A stretch of DNA of 63,049 nucleotides, the filler included, from Hyphochytrium catenoides (taxonomy: Eukaryota; Protista; Hyphochytriomycota): NCBI GenBank assembly GCA_900088475.1. It is 3 parts of 3 records of this genome, joined end to end, with 100 filler letters (N's around TTAATTAATTAA, not from the genome) between each part and the next. Parts side by side here need not be neighbours in the genome. Positions count along the whole stretch, not along the records: positions 30,970 to 61,296 come from FLMG01002451.1; positions 61,397 to 63,049 come from FLMG01003711.1; 1 more part is not named here. One strand, given 5' to 3'. The translations under genes were made by a program, and so were the position numbers. Under the pieces are notes generated by a model. That model was not told the DNA's origin. It made no database searches and saw nothing but the letters and a program-made list of their open reading frames with translations. Positions 48,502-61,809 of this stretch are shown here, piece by piece (position 1 is the first letter of the stretch; each line of letters begins with the position of its first letter).

Positions 48502-49785
48502 TTATTCAGCTCGTCCATCCTTTGTCATCTCTTCTTGCTCTTCTCTTGCATGGAGCAAGCAAGCTCCGTCTACCTTGGCCCTCTTCTGACAGCTCTGTAT
48601 GTGACATTTCACGCACGTCCCCATCTCTGCATGTTGTGAGCACAGCCCTCGTATTTTATGCGAACGGTTAAAGCAGTTTGGCACCGGACAGAGATTCACT
48701 TTAGCCCCATGTCCGATGCAGATTCCATTGCGGACAGCTTGATTTGGGCAGCCATAGACCAAGCAAAGTTGCACAGCTGCGCCGTGTCCGACACAGATTC
48801 CAGTTCGCACGGCTCTCTTGTCACAGCCAGCTACAGCACACAGCTTCTTCTTTCTTTTCTTCTTCCGGGACAGCGGCTTTTGCTGGCGACTCTCAGCAGC
48901 TGCTATTGATAATGGTGGTTCCAATTCTCCGTGACCACCTCTAAACGCAGGCCCAGATCTATTCCAACTAGCGTCGTTCTCCGGTATATGTCCAGAGGCT
49001 ACTTCGAGAAGGCCGTTTATCATGAAAGATAATGGAGAAGGCTGTGATAGCAACTTAGAGCTTGGTTTGGAACTTTCCTGGTCAGAACGCTCTGAAGTTC
49101 TAGGAGAAGAGGAAGACGAAGACAGAGAAGCCGCCGCTGCTGCTATGTGACTGTTCGGTGGCGGTAGGTGCGCGTGTCGCCTTGACAGTGTCTCTTTCTT
49201 CCCTTCTTCAGTGAGCTCCTTCTCTAAGTGAGCTAGAGCTGCCAATTGCGCAAGCTTGGGTGCACCATCCTTTCCTTCTTGACGTTCTTCCTGCACGTTT
49301 GCATCTGACAAGGTATATGGAGCCGTCGCTTGTGGAGCACGAGCTGCAGCAGTGTCCCGTGGGTCTTGCCTCTTTTCTCTTTCCACTGTTTCCCAACGGT
49401 TATAGTTCCTATCTCTTCTCTGAGGAGAGGACGCTGAGTTGTGCAAGCGGCCTCCTACTAGATGTTGGCCCTGCACCTCCCGTCTCAAATAGTAAGAGGG
49501 TGGGGGAAGATGACGCGGGTAGTTTCCTTTTCTGTCTCTCCTGCCAGTTCTGGCTTCGACGATATTTGGTCTCTTCCTTGGATCGAGATGACCAGCATCT
49601 TCTCTCTCTCCATCTTCTTCCCTTCTTGTTCTAATGTCATCGTTTTGCTGAGAAGTACCAGTCTGGAACTGTAGATCTTTGAAGGAGTATAGCTGACGAG
49701 AAGTATCGCGCCAACCATGGGCCTCTCGGTGGGGTTGGTTCGACTGGCGGGGAAGCATGCTTCCAGTGAGAAGGACGCTTGTCAT
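48502..49785 (-). CDS. Zinc-finger-repeat protein (WRKY19-like CCCH repeats x4), paralog B
   Basis: 427-aa ORF; RKKKRKKK followed by four repeats such as CAVAGCDKRAVRTGICVGHG and CLVYGCPNQAVRNGICIGHG. Confidence 0.82.
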   Translation of the reverse strand: MTSVLLTGSMLPRQSNQPHREAHGWRDTSRQLYSFKDLQFQTGTSQQNDDIRTRREEDGEREDAGHLDPRKRPNIVEARTGRRDRKGNYPRHLPPPSYYLRREVQGQHLVGGRLHNSASSPQRRDRNYNRWETVEREKRQDPRDTAAARAPQATAPYTLSDANVQEERQEGKDGAPKLAQLAALAHLEKELTEEGKKETLSRRHAHLPPPNSHIAAAAASLSSSSSSPRTSERSDQESSKPSSKLLSQPSPLSFMINGLLEVASGHIPENDASWNRSGPAFRGGHGELEPPLSIAAAESRQQKPLSRKKKRKKKLCAVAGCDKRAVRTGICVGHGAAVQLCLVYGCPNQAVRNGICIGHGAKVNLCPVPNCFNRSHKIRGLCSQHAEMGTCVKCHIQSCQKRAKVDGACLLHAREEQEEMTKDGRAE

Positions 49786-52700
49786 CCTGATCGATTATAG
49801 CATCCTATGGCTTGTTGCTTTCTTATTCAAGAGCTCCCCTATGTCCGTAGCGCGACTCTCTTGGTCCTTTCTGTCACCACTTTTCTGTTGTGCCGTGTCT
49901 CTCCCTATCGCCAATTATTGGCACGCTCTTCCTTACCTATCCTTGGTTAGCGAAAATAGCTCTGGCTATGGAGAAGATAACCTTTTGGGCCTCGTGCGCT
50001 CAGTGTCTTCCACTGTCATCAGCTTACTCCGAAGCCCTTGCACAAAATCTTTAGCAAGAAGAGCTTCCAAGAGCGCTTTCAAACCACTTTATTCTACGGT
50101 GGACTCATACCTCCGCTTCCCTGGCAAGCATATAGGCGGCTCTGGTTGTCCGGCAGTACGTACTCTTGGTCGCTCCACTCCTCCCACTGACTCCCTATAA
50201 GCCCGAGAGCCTTCTGCCCTTAAATATAGAAAGAGGAAAGCGTGGTCATTGTCCTCTTCCTTCAAGAAAGCGTCTCTATTGCCCGAGTACCTTCTAAAAG
50301 TTAGCACACGGAAGAGGTAGAAAGGAGAGCAGAAAGGAGGCAAGCGGAAAGAAGTAAACAGGAGAGAGGGAAGGAGAGAGAAGGGACGCAGAGGCTGTAA
50401 GTTTTCCTGAGAACCTCCGGTACAAGTCGCCGGGGCTTGAGCGCGTGGTTGGCCAGAATCCGGGAGGTGGGCGGGACAGGAGGTTTAGAGCCGTACTACT
50501 CTCACTATGTGAATGGTCTACCAGCCAGATAGGCAGCACTCTTCTCGCCAGCACCAACGCCCGCTCCTCCTCTGTCTACCTCGGGCCATGGCAGAGAGCG
50601 CAACCGTGACAAGCAGCTGCCTGAGAGCGCGAGCTGAAGGAAGAAACGTGAGAACAAGAGAAGAGAGAGCTATTATAAGGTCCCACCAACCGTCGAGCCA
50701 AGGTGGGTGGTGCGGAATGAGAAAGAAACTTGTGAAGAAAAAAGGGAGCAGCATCAAGATGGAGTCAACATGGGCAGTCGGTGCAGAAGGAGGAGGGAAA
50801 AATTTCAGTCATACATTCAGCGCTTCGATGTTCTCCTCACGCGCCTGTGTTGTCTCGGCTCATCATCTTCATGGTTGAGGTTGTTTGTACCTGTGCGGCC
50901 ACCCACCACCCACTATTCCCCTTCTTCTTGTTAGGTCAGGGCAGCCGCGGTAGGGCACAGAAACGGAAGAAGAACGCACAGCGACGAAGAATCACATTCT
51001 GACAGCAGTCGGGCCGACAGAGCAGCTTTGATGTTTACTGGGTGCAAGAGACGAAGGACCAGGAAAGACAAGCCGAGGAATGAAAGGAGAGAGAAAAGAA
51101 GGAGGAGCCTCTTCTTTTCATTATCACCAGTTCCTTCTACTACAGTACCACCTGCAAGCAGGGCTTTACCTTCCTAATGCTGCCATGTAGTTGTAGCCCA
51201 AGAACTTTGAAGGTACAAACAGGAGCAGAGAGGATGAGTGAGCCCGATGCCCTGTCCCAGCAGTGTTCCCATCAGTACATTTATGACTGGATGACAGAGT
51301 AGAAGAGGCAAACAGCGACGCCCGGTTCTCCGGGGATGTTGAGCTCCTCCCTAGCTTTTGGCTTTTGGCCCTCTGAATGCCTTTGTTCCCCATGTCGAAG
51401 GATTGAATGCCTTGGCACCGTAAGTAAGGAAGTTAGAAGAACTACCACACAGAAGAGAGAAAAGACGAGGTGGAGGAAGTCACTTAGCCCCTTGGAACAC
51501 TATTCAAGGTTTCCCCTCCTGCTAGCAGCAAAGGACAGCGCAGAAACCCACCCACCCTAGGGCTGAAGGACTGCAATAGCCTCAAACTTACTCCTCTCAC
51601 GGTGGGTAAAACCTAAATATATACTCGTCCTTTTTCCTAATAATAAGCCGCTCAGCATTCGTTGGTTACTTGAGGAGGCTACGGAACAGCCTCCTACTGG
51701 CCAATGCTAGACAGGAAAGAGGGGGATAGGCGGCGCCATGGGGGTGGCGGGGCTGACCCCACCCTCCCTCACAGCACCTTAACACTGAAGAGACTTCTTG
51801 GTTCCTCTTGGGGTCCTAACCTAAGGTATTACTAGACTCTGTCTGATACGTTGGGTGCGCTCTTCTACACAAGAAAGCTCCTGTTCCCAACATTTGCTAT
51901 AAAAAGAAGTTGTTCCTTCTCCCAACCAGCCAGTCATCCATCGACTGCCATCTTCTCGGCCCTTTGGCAGATACAGCGACAAGAAGAAGAAGAAGATTTA
52001 TAGCAAAGACGCCACAAGTTGCCGCCTTCACGACGACGACGACGACGAGCTAGACTGCCGCTCCCCTTTCAGCTAAACATTGTTTGCTCCTGCTCCATAC
52101 TTCCTTCTTTCTCCACCGCCAACGCTGGGAAAAACCAGTGAAAGGAAGTAGTGGAGAAGGTGGTCGCTAGACGATGGGACATTGGACAGATCATCAGGCG
52201 CTAAATGATGTTTGCACCACTGGAAAGGTGAGACGGCAGACCATTCCAGTTTAGTGAGCCTACACAGCAGCAGTAGAAAGAGTAGAGTAGTTGTTTCAAC
52301 TAGTCACACTCTTGAAAACTTCTTTTGTTCGATATTGAAGGGCTAGCAGTAGAACATGGTCGAAGTAAGAGAAGGAAAAGAGAAGTCTTAGCCTTCTCCC
52401 ATGAGATGAATCGGGCCATGGAAATTCTTCTTCGCGAGGCGTCGATCCCAGCACCTACTGCCGGCCAACCTCATTTGGAAACAGCATTGCCTTTCTCCTC
52501 TCCGTCCTCCGTCCGTAAACGCACTGTCTCGGCGTCTGCTGCTCATGTGCGCATCATGAGAAGGATAAGAGGCGCAGCAAGCAGCAGCATGGCGAGATGG
52601 CACAGCAGAGCCAGATAGACCAAAAGCAACAATCAGGCAACGGCAGGGAGGCTACTAGAAAGAAGGAGGAGAGCACTCTTTACCCTGTTGTCCTGCTGCC

Positions 52701-55700
52701 AGCTTGGGGAAAGCTACCTGTCATGATAAATGTTTAGCTGTCGTCGTAGGCTGCACCATAGTACTGGTAGGTCTTCTTCAATTCTGCTGATGAAAAGACG
52801 GGCAATCACATAGGCACACAACAGTCGCATGGATGACGAGCGGAGGAGAAATGTGAGCGGACGAATGTGACGGCAAGCAGTACCCGCACGGAGCGCCACC
52901 TGTCACTCGTGCTTTCCTTCAAACATGCATTCGTTCGCAGACCTCTCTGTCCTCCTGCTGCTGCTGCCTCACCGCCCCGTCGTCGGACGCCTTCTGGAAA
53001 GTTGCTCTTAGTAAATTTGAAGGCCAAAAGGAAGGCGAACAAAGCCTCACGATTAAAGGAGATTTAAAAGAACTATGTCCAGGCAAAGTGTGCTCAACCG
53101 TCTTCTCACCAAGCGGCAGGATGTACTCCGGCGAGCAGAGACGTGCAGAGTTAAGATACTAGCACCTCTTCTCACTATAGAAGCAGAAGCAGAACAGTAC
53201 CGCTTGTACTGATGGCTTCCGGACTCCTTTCAAGGCAAACCACCGCAATGCGCTATACTGCCTAACAGATACGCAGTGGCGCAAGCTGTACGGATGTACC
53301 AGCGACCAGCAAACAGAAGATGTGTGCCACTGATAACAAATGCACCGAACTGAGGGGCCACGCCTCTTCTTGTCGATAAATGAAAGGCATGCCTCCCAGT
53401 CCTGCCCGCCATGCGGTTGCGGCTGATCACACCCTTGGGTAAGCTTTGTGATGGCTTTGCCTTCCTGATGTTCATCCTCCTTTGATGTTGATGATGATGA
53501 TTTGCACGGTATGCCCTACCATTCATCTTTCTTCAAGACGGTTGGTAAGTATAAGAAGTTATGCCTACTAATTGACCAACCGGTGAGCAAGGCAAGAGCT
53601 ACCTCCCATTTAATCTCCTTTGCAATGGGGCTATATTTCGTTTAAGCTTAGATCCGATCATGTGAGGATGTCGGCGTGTCTCTGGCTGTTTATAATCCAT
53701 CACATCCTGCCCAACTGGAGTTAGCCATCATCACATGGCCCTTGTCTCTCGAAGGAGCACCACCAAGGGCTGCTGCTTTCAGTCCCTTCGCTCTTCTTTT
53801 GCTCCCAGCCTCCATGAGAGCCTGTGGCAGCAAAGCTGCGGAAGGCGTACGCGAGGAGGCGAAGGCGACTAGAAGAAGGCCCTAGAGAACTGGTTACTTG
53901 CGCAGTGTGGTGTCAGACACTTGAGCCATTATCCTAGTGCAGCTCCTCCCATGATTGCTGAAGAGAAAGCATTTGATATGTCGCTGGAGAATGTGATTCG
54001 TTTCTTCATTCAGCCAAGGAACAATTCTTTGTACAGGCAGCAGTGCCAGGAAGCAGCAAGGTGAAAAGCAAGCAGCCGCAACCAGTGGTAACTTCGATCA
54101 CCACCAAGAGCATAAGAAAGGAACATACAGACTAGGAATACGTTCTGAAAAATATTCTCTCTTCTTCGTTCACTCCCGTCCATTTGATGGCCTAGTTCCT
54201 CAGGCTCTTATTAGAGCGATTCTCATACTGTCTTTCTGGTCGCCGGAGGAGGACGGTGGCAGGATAACAATCAAGAATGCTTGTTGACGAGAAGGAGTGT
54301 CAACAAAGTGTGGACATTTGAAGAGAGAGAAGAGATATGGGAACGACCAAAGAATGGAAGAATGGTAGAAGCATATAGAAGGGCACGACTGTGGCGCCAG
54401 AGGTCGGTCAGATGAACCAAAGGATTGAAGAATCAGTAGAAAGATAAAGATGTAATGAAAAGAACTGAGGGAACTGTTAGATTGACAAATCATGGACCAT
54501 GAATGTGAAGTTGGGTAAGCTCCAAGAAGCCTCAGCGGACGATGCAACAGCCTCTTTCAACGTTGATGGCAGTGTATCTGGGCTTCAGCAAGTTGGCAGC
54601 AGAAACTCCTTCCTTCTTTGAAGAAGTGTTTTCTTTCTCTATTATTTTCCCTCACACTTGAACCTGCTCTCACACTGAACACCATGCCTCAAAGATTTTA
54701 TCACACACTCTCTCACTCGCTTGCCTGCTTCTTGTAGTCTTGCTTTCGGATTTAGGAACCAGGCTTCCATCGCCTCTTACCAGATCGTCTAGCCCGCTCC
54801 GCCGCCTTCGATTTTTTGGGAAAAGCCATCATCACCCGTTCCCTTCTTGCCTTCTTTCTTTACTTTTCATCTGTCTTATCCACTTTCCGCTCTTCTTCTC
54901 TAGACAGGGACTTCCTTTCCTGCCTGTTCTTCACTTCCTACTCTGGTCTTCGTCTCTTTCTTCGCCGCTTCAGAGCTCTGCGGAGCTTCCGAACCACCAT
55001 TTCTTCTTCCAACCCTACAACTAGTCGCGGCAATAGCAAGAATAGTGGCTATGACGTTCCTTCTTCCATCATTCTTCTCCCTTGTAGGTCACGTTGGTTG
55101 CTCTTTCTTTAGCACCAAGCGGAGCTCTTTGGCTCCTTGATTGATCCTCCTCCTTCACTTCCCACCACCCTCCTCAGTCCCTCGCAAGTTCTCGTCTCTT
55201 GGCTATAGTCTTAGCTCCCCTCATGCTTCCATCGCCCACGTTTCTGCCTTTATCATCGCTCTCTTCTGTTCCCGCCATCATGCTTCTTCTTCCTCCCTTC
55301 TTATTCATATGTTAGCTGCTGACGGTCCGACTGGTCTCCTTGCCCTTCTTCCGCCTTCTTCCTTCCGCTGAAACTCATCGATGAAGCTTGTTCATGATGT
55401 CTCTCTGGCCTACTGCTTTCCTCCTCCTGTTGCTATCAGAGCTTATTTAGTGGTCCCTCCCATAGCTCTCTCGGTCCACCTTTCTACCATGATCACACCT
55501 GACCTCCAAGTAGGATCCCACCCAACCTAGCTGGGGACGACAATACTATGTATATATAGTCGGGATGGGTGGGCCGGCGGGCCTGATGAGGGTCATGAGA
55601 GACAGATTCGTCACCTTCCATGTGGACCACTCACTGTGAGAGTCTCACACTAATCACATTCTAAATGGGGCTGTCCCCAAAGAGAGGTTGATTCCTTCCC

Positions 55701-58004
55701 CCAAAAGGAGAAGGATGGATGGAGATAGAAAACTGCTGGGCCCCTGAGGTCCGCGGTTTTCTCTGTTTTTCTCTACTTACTAGGAAATAAGACAACGGCT
55801 TAACTGGACACCATAGAGATATTTAGGGCGTGTTGGCCGTCCTCATGATCGATCTGCACAAGGATGTGACGGAAGGGAAGGCAGGTGCACTGTGGAAGCT
55901 TCTTCTCTCTTCTTTGCTGCTTCTGATGGGTGAGGAGGAGGTGAGGAGGAGGACGGTTGCAACGCGGTACGAGTGCAAGGCTGAGCGGGCGGGAGGCAGG
56001 TGCAGGAGGGAAAGATCTCATCATTGTTCAAGGTCCGTTGATGGATCTTCTTCTCTTCCTAGCGATCAGGAGGTCTGTCATTGAGTCGCTCCTGCCAGTA
56101 CATGGGCCGAAGCTTTGAAGGCTAAGTAGCGAAGAGGCTTTGTGAGATGAGGGGAAGCGAGAAAGAAGGAAAGATATTGAGAAGCTGAGGGAATGCAGAG
56201 AATGGTCTTTTCCAGTTGTGGTGTCTTCTGCTGATGGGAGTGGAGCGAACAAGGAGGTCGGACGAAGGACTAAGATGGGCGAGGCGGTTAGCTGTCCTTC
56301 ACCTTCGATTCCTATGTCAGGTGAGCGCCGGATCCTTGCGGAAGGAGGAGCCTCGTCAACAAGACTTAGTATTACTGTCCTTTGGAGATGGTTCCAGAAC
56401 TGCAAGTGGGCAGCGTCTGTGACCCCGCCTTGAATCTTTGTTGACTACCGACTGCATAAGGCCAGTACCATCTGCAAGCGAGAGAAGAATGTACCGCGTC
56501 GCCTCGCATAAAGAAGAAAGTGGAATGAGGCCTCGCATCGGACTGCGAGGACGAAGGCCGAAACGTGAGGTCCCAGCTTGGACTGCATAGAGAGAGTGAT
56601 GATAGTCCAGCAGAAGAATCAGCAAGGAAAAGAAGCAATCCCGATCTGGACTTATAGCCGTTCTTCCTCCTTCTACAGGTATCAAGGAGAAATCCCACCC
56701 TTGCACCTGCTGAGTGCAGACGGACCCACATCGAAACTTCTCTCCCTGAGCGCTTAGTAGCAGATAGTCATGGAGGCTGAGCCCTCACGTCAACTCCAAG
56801 GCTCCTCAATAGGGAATGAATAACAAGAGCTGAGGTGCCGCCTGGAAACCCCGGCACCTCTCTTCGAGCATGTCTCGAAGAAAGAGACATCCTTCCATTA
56901 ATTGATAAAAAGCTCCATCAACAGAAATGAGTGCGCTGTTTCCTCTTGAAAAGACAGGTGCTTTTCTCTCATCATGGTCTACAGCAAAGACAGACAGCGA
57001 CGTCAGTCTCCGGTGCGTGCGCTTGCTCAAGCTGGACAAGTTCTCTAGGAAACCAGTGAAAGCATGCCTCGACTTCCCTTCCCCATTCGTCACCGACCTG
57101 TTTATTAGTTTCCTAGTTTCCCTCTTCAGTAGCAGCTTGTCTACTAACTTGAGCTCGTGGCACAAAGTACCAGGATGGCCGCCCTCTGCTCCTTCCGCGT
57201 TATCGGACATAGAGGGCGGTTCCCCGTGCTACAATGTGGACTGTGTGAGCAAACGAAGAGTCAAAGAGTGAGCCAATTCTGCATCTTCCTTCTCTTCTCT
57301 ACTCTAGCGAGACCTTTGAGGAGCATGGCACCTGCTAAAATATGTACGGAGAGTATAGAGAGAGATGCGAACTGTGAAGCCCACTTCTTTGTCTCCCCAT
57401 TGCTAGCCCATTGCCTTGCACAACGAGGAGATGCCATGTGTCTGCTGTATAGCAGCCGTTAGAAGAAAGACCGTGGGTCCCGTACTCAAATCTCAAAAAG
57501 GTGACAGCGACACACTCGACCGACACTAGGCTCAAAGTGATAGAAGAAGGAGTCAATAGCGAAGCCAAGTCTGATCATTTCTTCCCGTTGAGCCTACCAT
57601 TAGACGTAAAGGGAAACGGTAGGCGGGGATTGTCTTGGCTAGAAGTCAAGCGTGAAGAGACAAAAAGGAATCTTGGGACGAATGGGGAAATCGAGGGTGT
57701 TGCCGCGAGAGACATTGATACTCTAAAGTGAGGAAACCACGTGGCTTCCAGTCATTAGACCAACAATAAAAGGATTGAGGCTAAAGATCATTTCCGGCGT
57801 CTCAAGCTTGATGCCACGCCATGCAGGCAAAGAAGACAAAGCAGAGGAGAACTGAGCTACAAATAGTGATTGCAAAGCCTAACATCTGTGCTTCGCTACT
57901 AGTTCACTCCCAGAGGAACTCCCGTAAAGCCAAAGGACGGAGGAAGAAGAGACATCACAGCTCCAACATTCTTCGTTTCACGCTTACGGTCGCGAGATAT
58001 TTCT

Positions 58005-58967
58005 TTGACGATGAGACGCGGTGGTGGTGAAGCCGCGCTTGCCAAGCAACGTGAGGGCAAGGGAAGACGAGCTTCAAATTTGGCTACCTCCGGTAGTGCT
58101 TCCGCCGCGCCGGGCCCTCATTATGCTCAACCTAATGACCATCATCAAGGTCCAAGGAGGAGCGCGAGGCTGGTGGATACTATTTGCCAAGCATCACCTG
58201 TCCGTAGCTACCAAGGCAGTAGCCTCTCCATAAATACTTCTACCCCTCTAGGCGCTGATGCTTACGCTTCATTCAGTTCTTTCTTTGCATACCCAGCTGC
58301 TGGTCGAGAGTGGAGGAGGAGATATCAAGGAGATAATGCGGAAGCGCCTTCGGGGTTGATCTATAACCAGGAGGAGAGGAACAGAGAAGAAGAGAGAAGA
58401 AACGAAGATGCCAATACCATCAGCAGCGGCAGCTCTAAACGCGTTGTTGGCTCTAGTCACGCTTCTCTCTCACAAGGGGAAGCATCGATGATGTGGCAGC
58501 TAGACGAAACTGAAGATGTAATCCGCCCTTCAGCCAGTGACCAGAGTAGTAGGAACACTGCTGGAAGAGAGGCGTTCCAGGAGAAAGAAACAAAGCAAGA
58601 ATATCCTCAAAGGAAGAAAAGGCGCTGCACAGTTCCTGGCTGTGGAAAGAAGGCGGTGCGACGAAAGCTCTGTGTAAGCCACGGGGCTGAAGTTAAGCCT
58701 TGCAGCGTTCCTTTATGCTCTAATCAGGCAGTCCGAGGAGGAGTGTGCATTGCACATGGGGCAAAAGTCAACCGCTGCCCTGTGTCCGGCTGTGAAGAGA
58801 AAGCGCACAAAGCGCGAGGTCTTTGTTTAGAGCACGCAGGCGCATCAAGCCAACGAAGCATGAAATGTGGCATTCCAGGGTGCAGGAGACGGGCAAAGAC
58901 CGAAGAAGGGCTCTGCCTGAATCATGGAAGGACCATGACGAGACAACAGGAGGACTCTCCTCAGTAG
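58005..58967 (+). CDS. Zinc-finger-repeat protein (WRKY19-like CCCH repeats x4), paralog C; start uncertain (ATG at 58011)
   Basis: 320-aa ORF; RKKRR followed by four repeats such as CTVPGCGKKAVRRKLCVSHG and CSVPLCSNQAVRGGVCIAHG. Confidence 0.82.
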   Translation: MTMRRGGGEAALAKQREGKGRRASNLATSGSASAAPGPHYAQPNDHHQGPRRSARLVDTICQASPVRSYQGSSLSINTSTPLGADAYASFSSFFAYPAAGREWRRRYQGDNAEAPSGLIYNQEERNREEERRNEDANTISSGSSKRVVGSSHASLSQGEASMMWQLDETEDVIRPSASDQSSRNTAGREAFQEKETKQEYPQRKKRRCTVPGCGKKAVRRKLCVSHGAEVKPCSVPLCSNQAVRGGVCIAHGAKVNRCPVSGCEEKAHKARGLCLEHAGASSQRSMKCGIPGCRRRAKTEEGLCLNHGRTMTRQQEDSPQ

Positions 58968-61296
58968 TTGAGCCCATTTCTGTGGACAAGACGGCCTTCC
59001 CTTCTGCCCACTGATTACGTGCTGCTTTGTTGTTAGGAGATTAGTATCCTTGTTGGGGGAATGAATGTTCCTCCTTCGTCCTCCACGCAACGCGCAAAGC
59101 CTTTGAGCAAGGTACTAGGAGATGGTAAGAGGATGAGCGCGTCATAATGATAGGGGAAATAGACTGAGAATGATAGCGTCGATGACAGTGGTCACTAGAT
59201 AGGTTCCTGACATTATTATCTATCAATCAATAGAAATAGACAGCAAGCAGCCTGAGAGCGTTGGCTATGTCTTATGGTATATGCTCAATCACGAGGATCC
59301 TTTTCTCCCTTGCACTTCATGAATAAACAGTGAAGATAACCTTTTCAGTCGCTCTGAGCCATAGAAGACACAGTCAATGCTCACGAGGAGAGGAGAGAGT
59401 AGCATTATCCGTCCAACTGCAGACGTTCTTGATGCATCGGGAACAACGTGAAACCAGACCATGAGGTGAAGGCAGAGGACATTTGTTCCTACGACTTAAG
59501 GAGGTTTGAAGGACAGGAGTAAAAGAGGAGACTAGTTGGCGAGGAGGAGGGAGAAGCCGTGCACTGGCTGCCACGAACTGTCTCTTCTTAACTGCCCAAC
59601 TATAGCATATATACGATTAGAGAGCGGTGTCGGGAAGAAGATATTCTTACGTAAGCGAAAGCATAAACTAGGAACTTGCGTAGCATGACATCTTACCAGG
59701 CGATTGGTATGTGCTCTTAGAGAACAACGTAGCAGACAACCTGGCTGTGGCGCAGCACTGCATGCACTCTTCCCTGCGTGGTGATGTCCTCAACCCTTGA
59801 GAAGCGGGCTTGTGGCGCCTAGCTAGGACCATCAACGCTAACAGATTCTGCCTACTATTTATGGGAACAATATAGCGGCAGCTAAAATGGTGGCACCGAA
59901 AGGCGTTAGATGAAGAGTCAGAGCCAGCTCGAAATGGACATAATGGTTGTCAGGAGTGCTGGGACGGAGAGACAAGTCGCAGATGCGTATAATACATGCC
60001 AATTGGCCGTGTCCCCGCCGATCTATTGGGACGGCTTAACGACATAATCCCTCTTCTCGCGTTGTAGGGCATTTCCATTCGTCTCAGCTGACTGCCTCTC
60101 TACGCAGTGAGCAGATCACGCTTGTTTAGACAGCAAGGATTCGCGACGTTTGATAGGGATGCATCAGCTGAAGGAGAGAAGACGACATGTTTCCTGAACA
60201 AGATATCAACTATCGTCAGTTAGAAGACAATCATGAGTCGCACTAATGGCTCTTTCCCAGTCCGACAAAGACCCAGGCATCTGTCCGCAGTCTTAGTATC
60301 GCCATCTTAACTCTTGGGCACGACTCCAACGAGGGCTTTAATGAAGGTAATGTGTACGGCGACCGAAGTGAAGCGAGCTCACGGAGCCCTGAAGGTCGCC
60401 AGAAAAAATGGAACAGAACGTGAGAGGGTCTCCGTCTCCCTTGTCTGCACCACATGTATGCAGAGTCTTGGTCCGTATACTTTCTCCTCCCACATTCAGA
60501 GCCTCTTTGTCAGTCTGTTTCCGAGGAGGTGCACAACGTATTAAAGGTTGAAGAAGGCTTCCATTAAAATTCTAAAAGTTGAAAGGAAAGCGTCTAGAAT
60601 AGGAGGATGCACAGCCAAGTAAGACGAAGAGTGAAAGGAAAGGCCAACAACATCGTGGCTTGCCCCACTCCACTGTCCTCCACAGCTCCCTGACCGCTTT
60701 GATCATCAATAACTTCAGCCAAAAGAAAGAGCCAGGAGTCTCTATCCTCCTTATTGTTGAAATCTACCGCTTTCCTTACTGGGCAGCCCATAGCCACAGG
60801 TTCTTCTATCGCATTGCAGTCCTGAGTCCTAAGGCATGAGGGGTTAGCTCCTCGCCACATCGCCTCTAGTTGAGTGGCTAAGACGGACGGGCGGTTGGTT
60901 ACGTGGTCATGGTGGTCCAATGCTTCAGGAGCAGGAAGGAAAGGGAGAAATAGCAGCAGACACCACCTCCTTCTGGATCTTTCATCGTTTGCATCCGTCC
61001 AGCCATGAGCATGCAGAGAGAGCACATTGATCCCCGTCTTATAAAGGCTTTAGGGGTCTGTGGCGGGCTGTCCTTGCAGTTCTCAAGGTAACCAACCCAT
61101 CAGAGGCTGTACAGCTGGCAGTAGGGCAAGTGGTGGTGCAAGGGATGCCAGAACTACTATCTATGATGAGTTTTTATTGGTCTGGGTCCGCCCATGTCTA
61201 CTCTCTATAATTATTCCTATGGAGCTCGGCTTGTGAAGCCCTTGTATACCAAAACCCGTCCATTGGAATATGGCGCACTGTGAGAGAATATGCAGC

Positions 61297-61395
61297 NNNN
61301 NNNNNNNNNNNNNNNNNNNNNNNNNNNNNNNNNNNNNNNNTTAATTAATTAANNNNNNNNNNNNNNNNNNNNNNNNNNNNNNNNNNNNNNNNNNN
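61297..61395. other. Assembly gap with artificial TTAATTAATTAA spacer (61341-61352)
   Basis: Same construct as at 30870-30969. Confidence 0.95.
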
Positions 61396-61754
61396 NTCTC
61401 TCTCTCTCTCTCTCTCTCTCATCTTATTCTCTAAGTGCGTCCCTGTGTCTCTTGGGTGTGTCACCCGCTGTAGCTTCCCCCTCTCTCTCTTCCTTCCTTT
61501 TCTCTCTCTTCTTCTGTCTCACCCGCCTTCGGCCTCTCGCTCTCCCTTGCTCTATTTCCCTTATTAACTTTTTTGTGCTCCCTCTCTCTTGTGTCCCTTG
61601 TCGGCCGTTGCCTCTCATTCTCTCTCTCGGTCGTTTCTTTCTCTGCACTTAAAAAAACCTTCTCTTTATTCCCCTTCTTTCTTTTATCACTTTCTCTTTG
61701 TTAACTTTCCGTCTTCATTGTATTGACCCTTGTCCTCCTATACGTCCTGTCACG

Positions 61755-61787
<33 letters not shown>

Positions 61788-61809
61788 CTTTTCTTTTTCG
61801 TCTCCCCAG

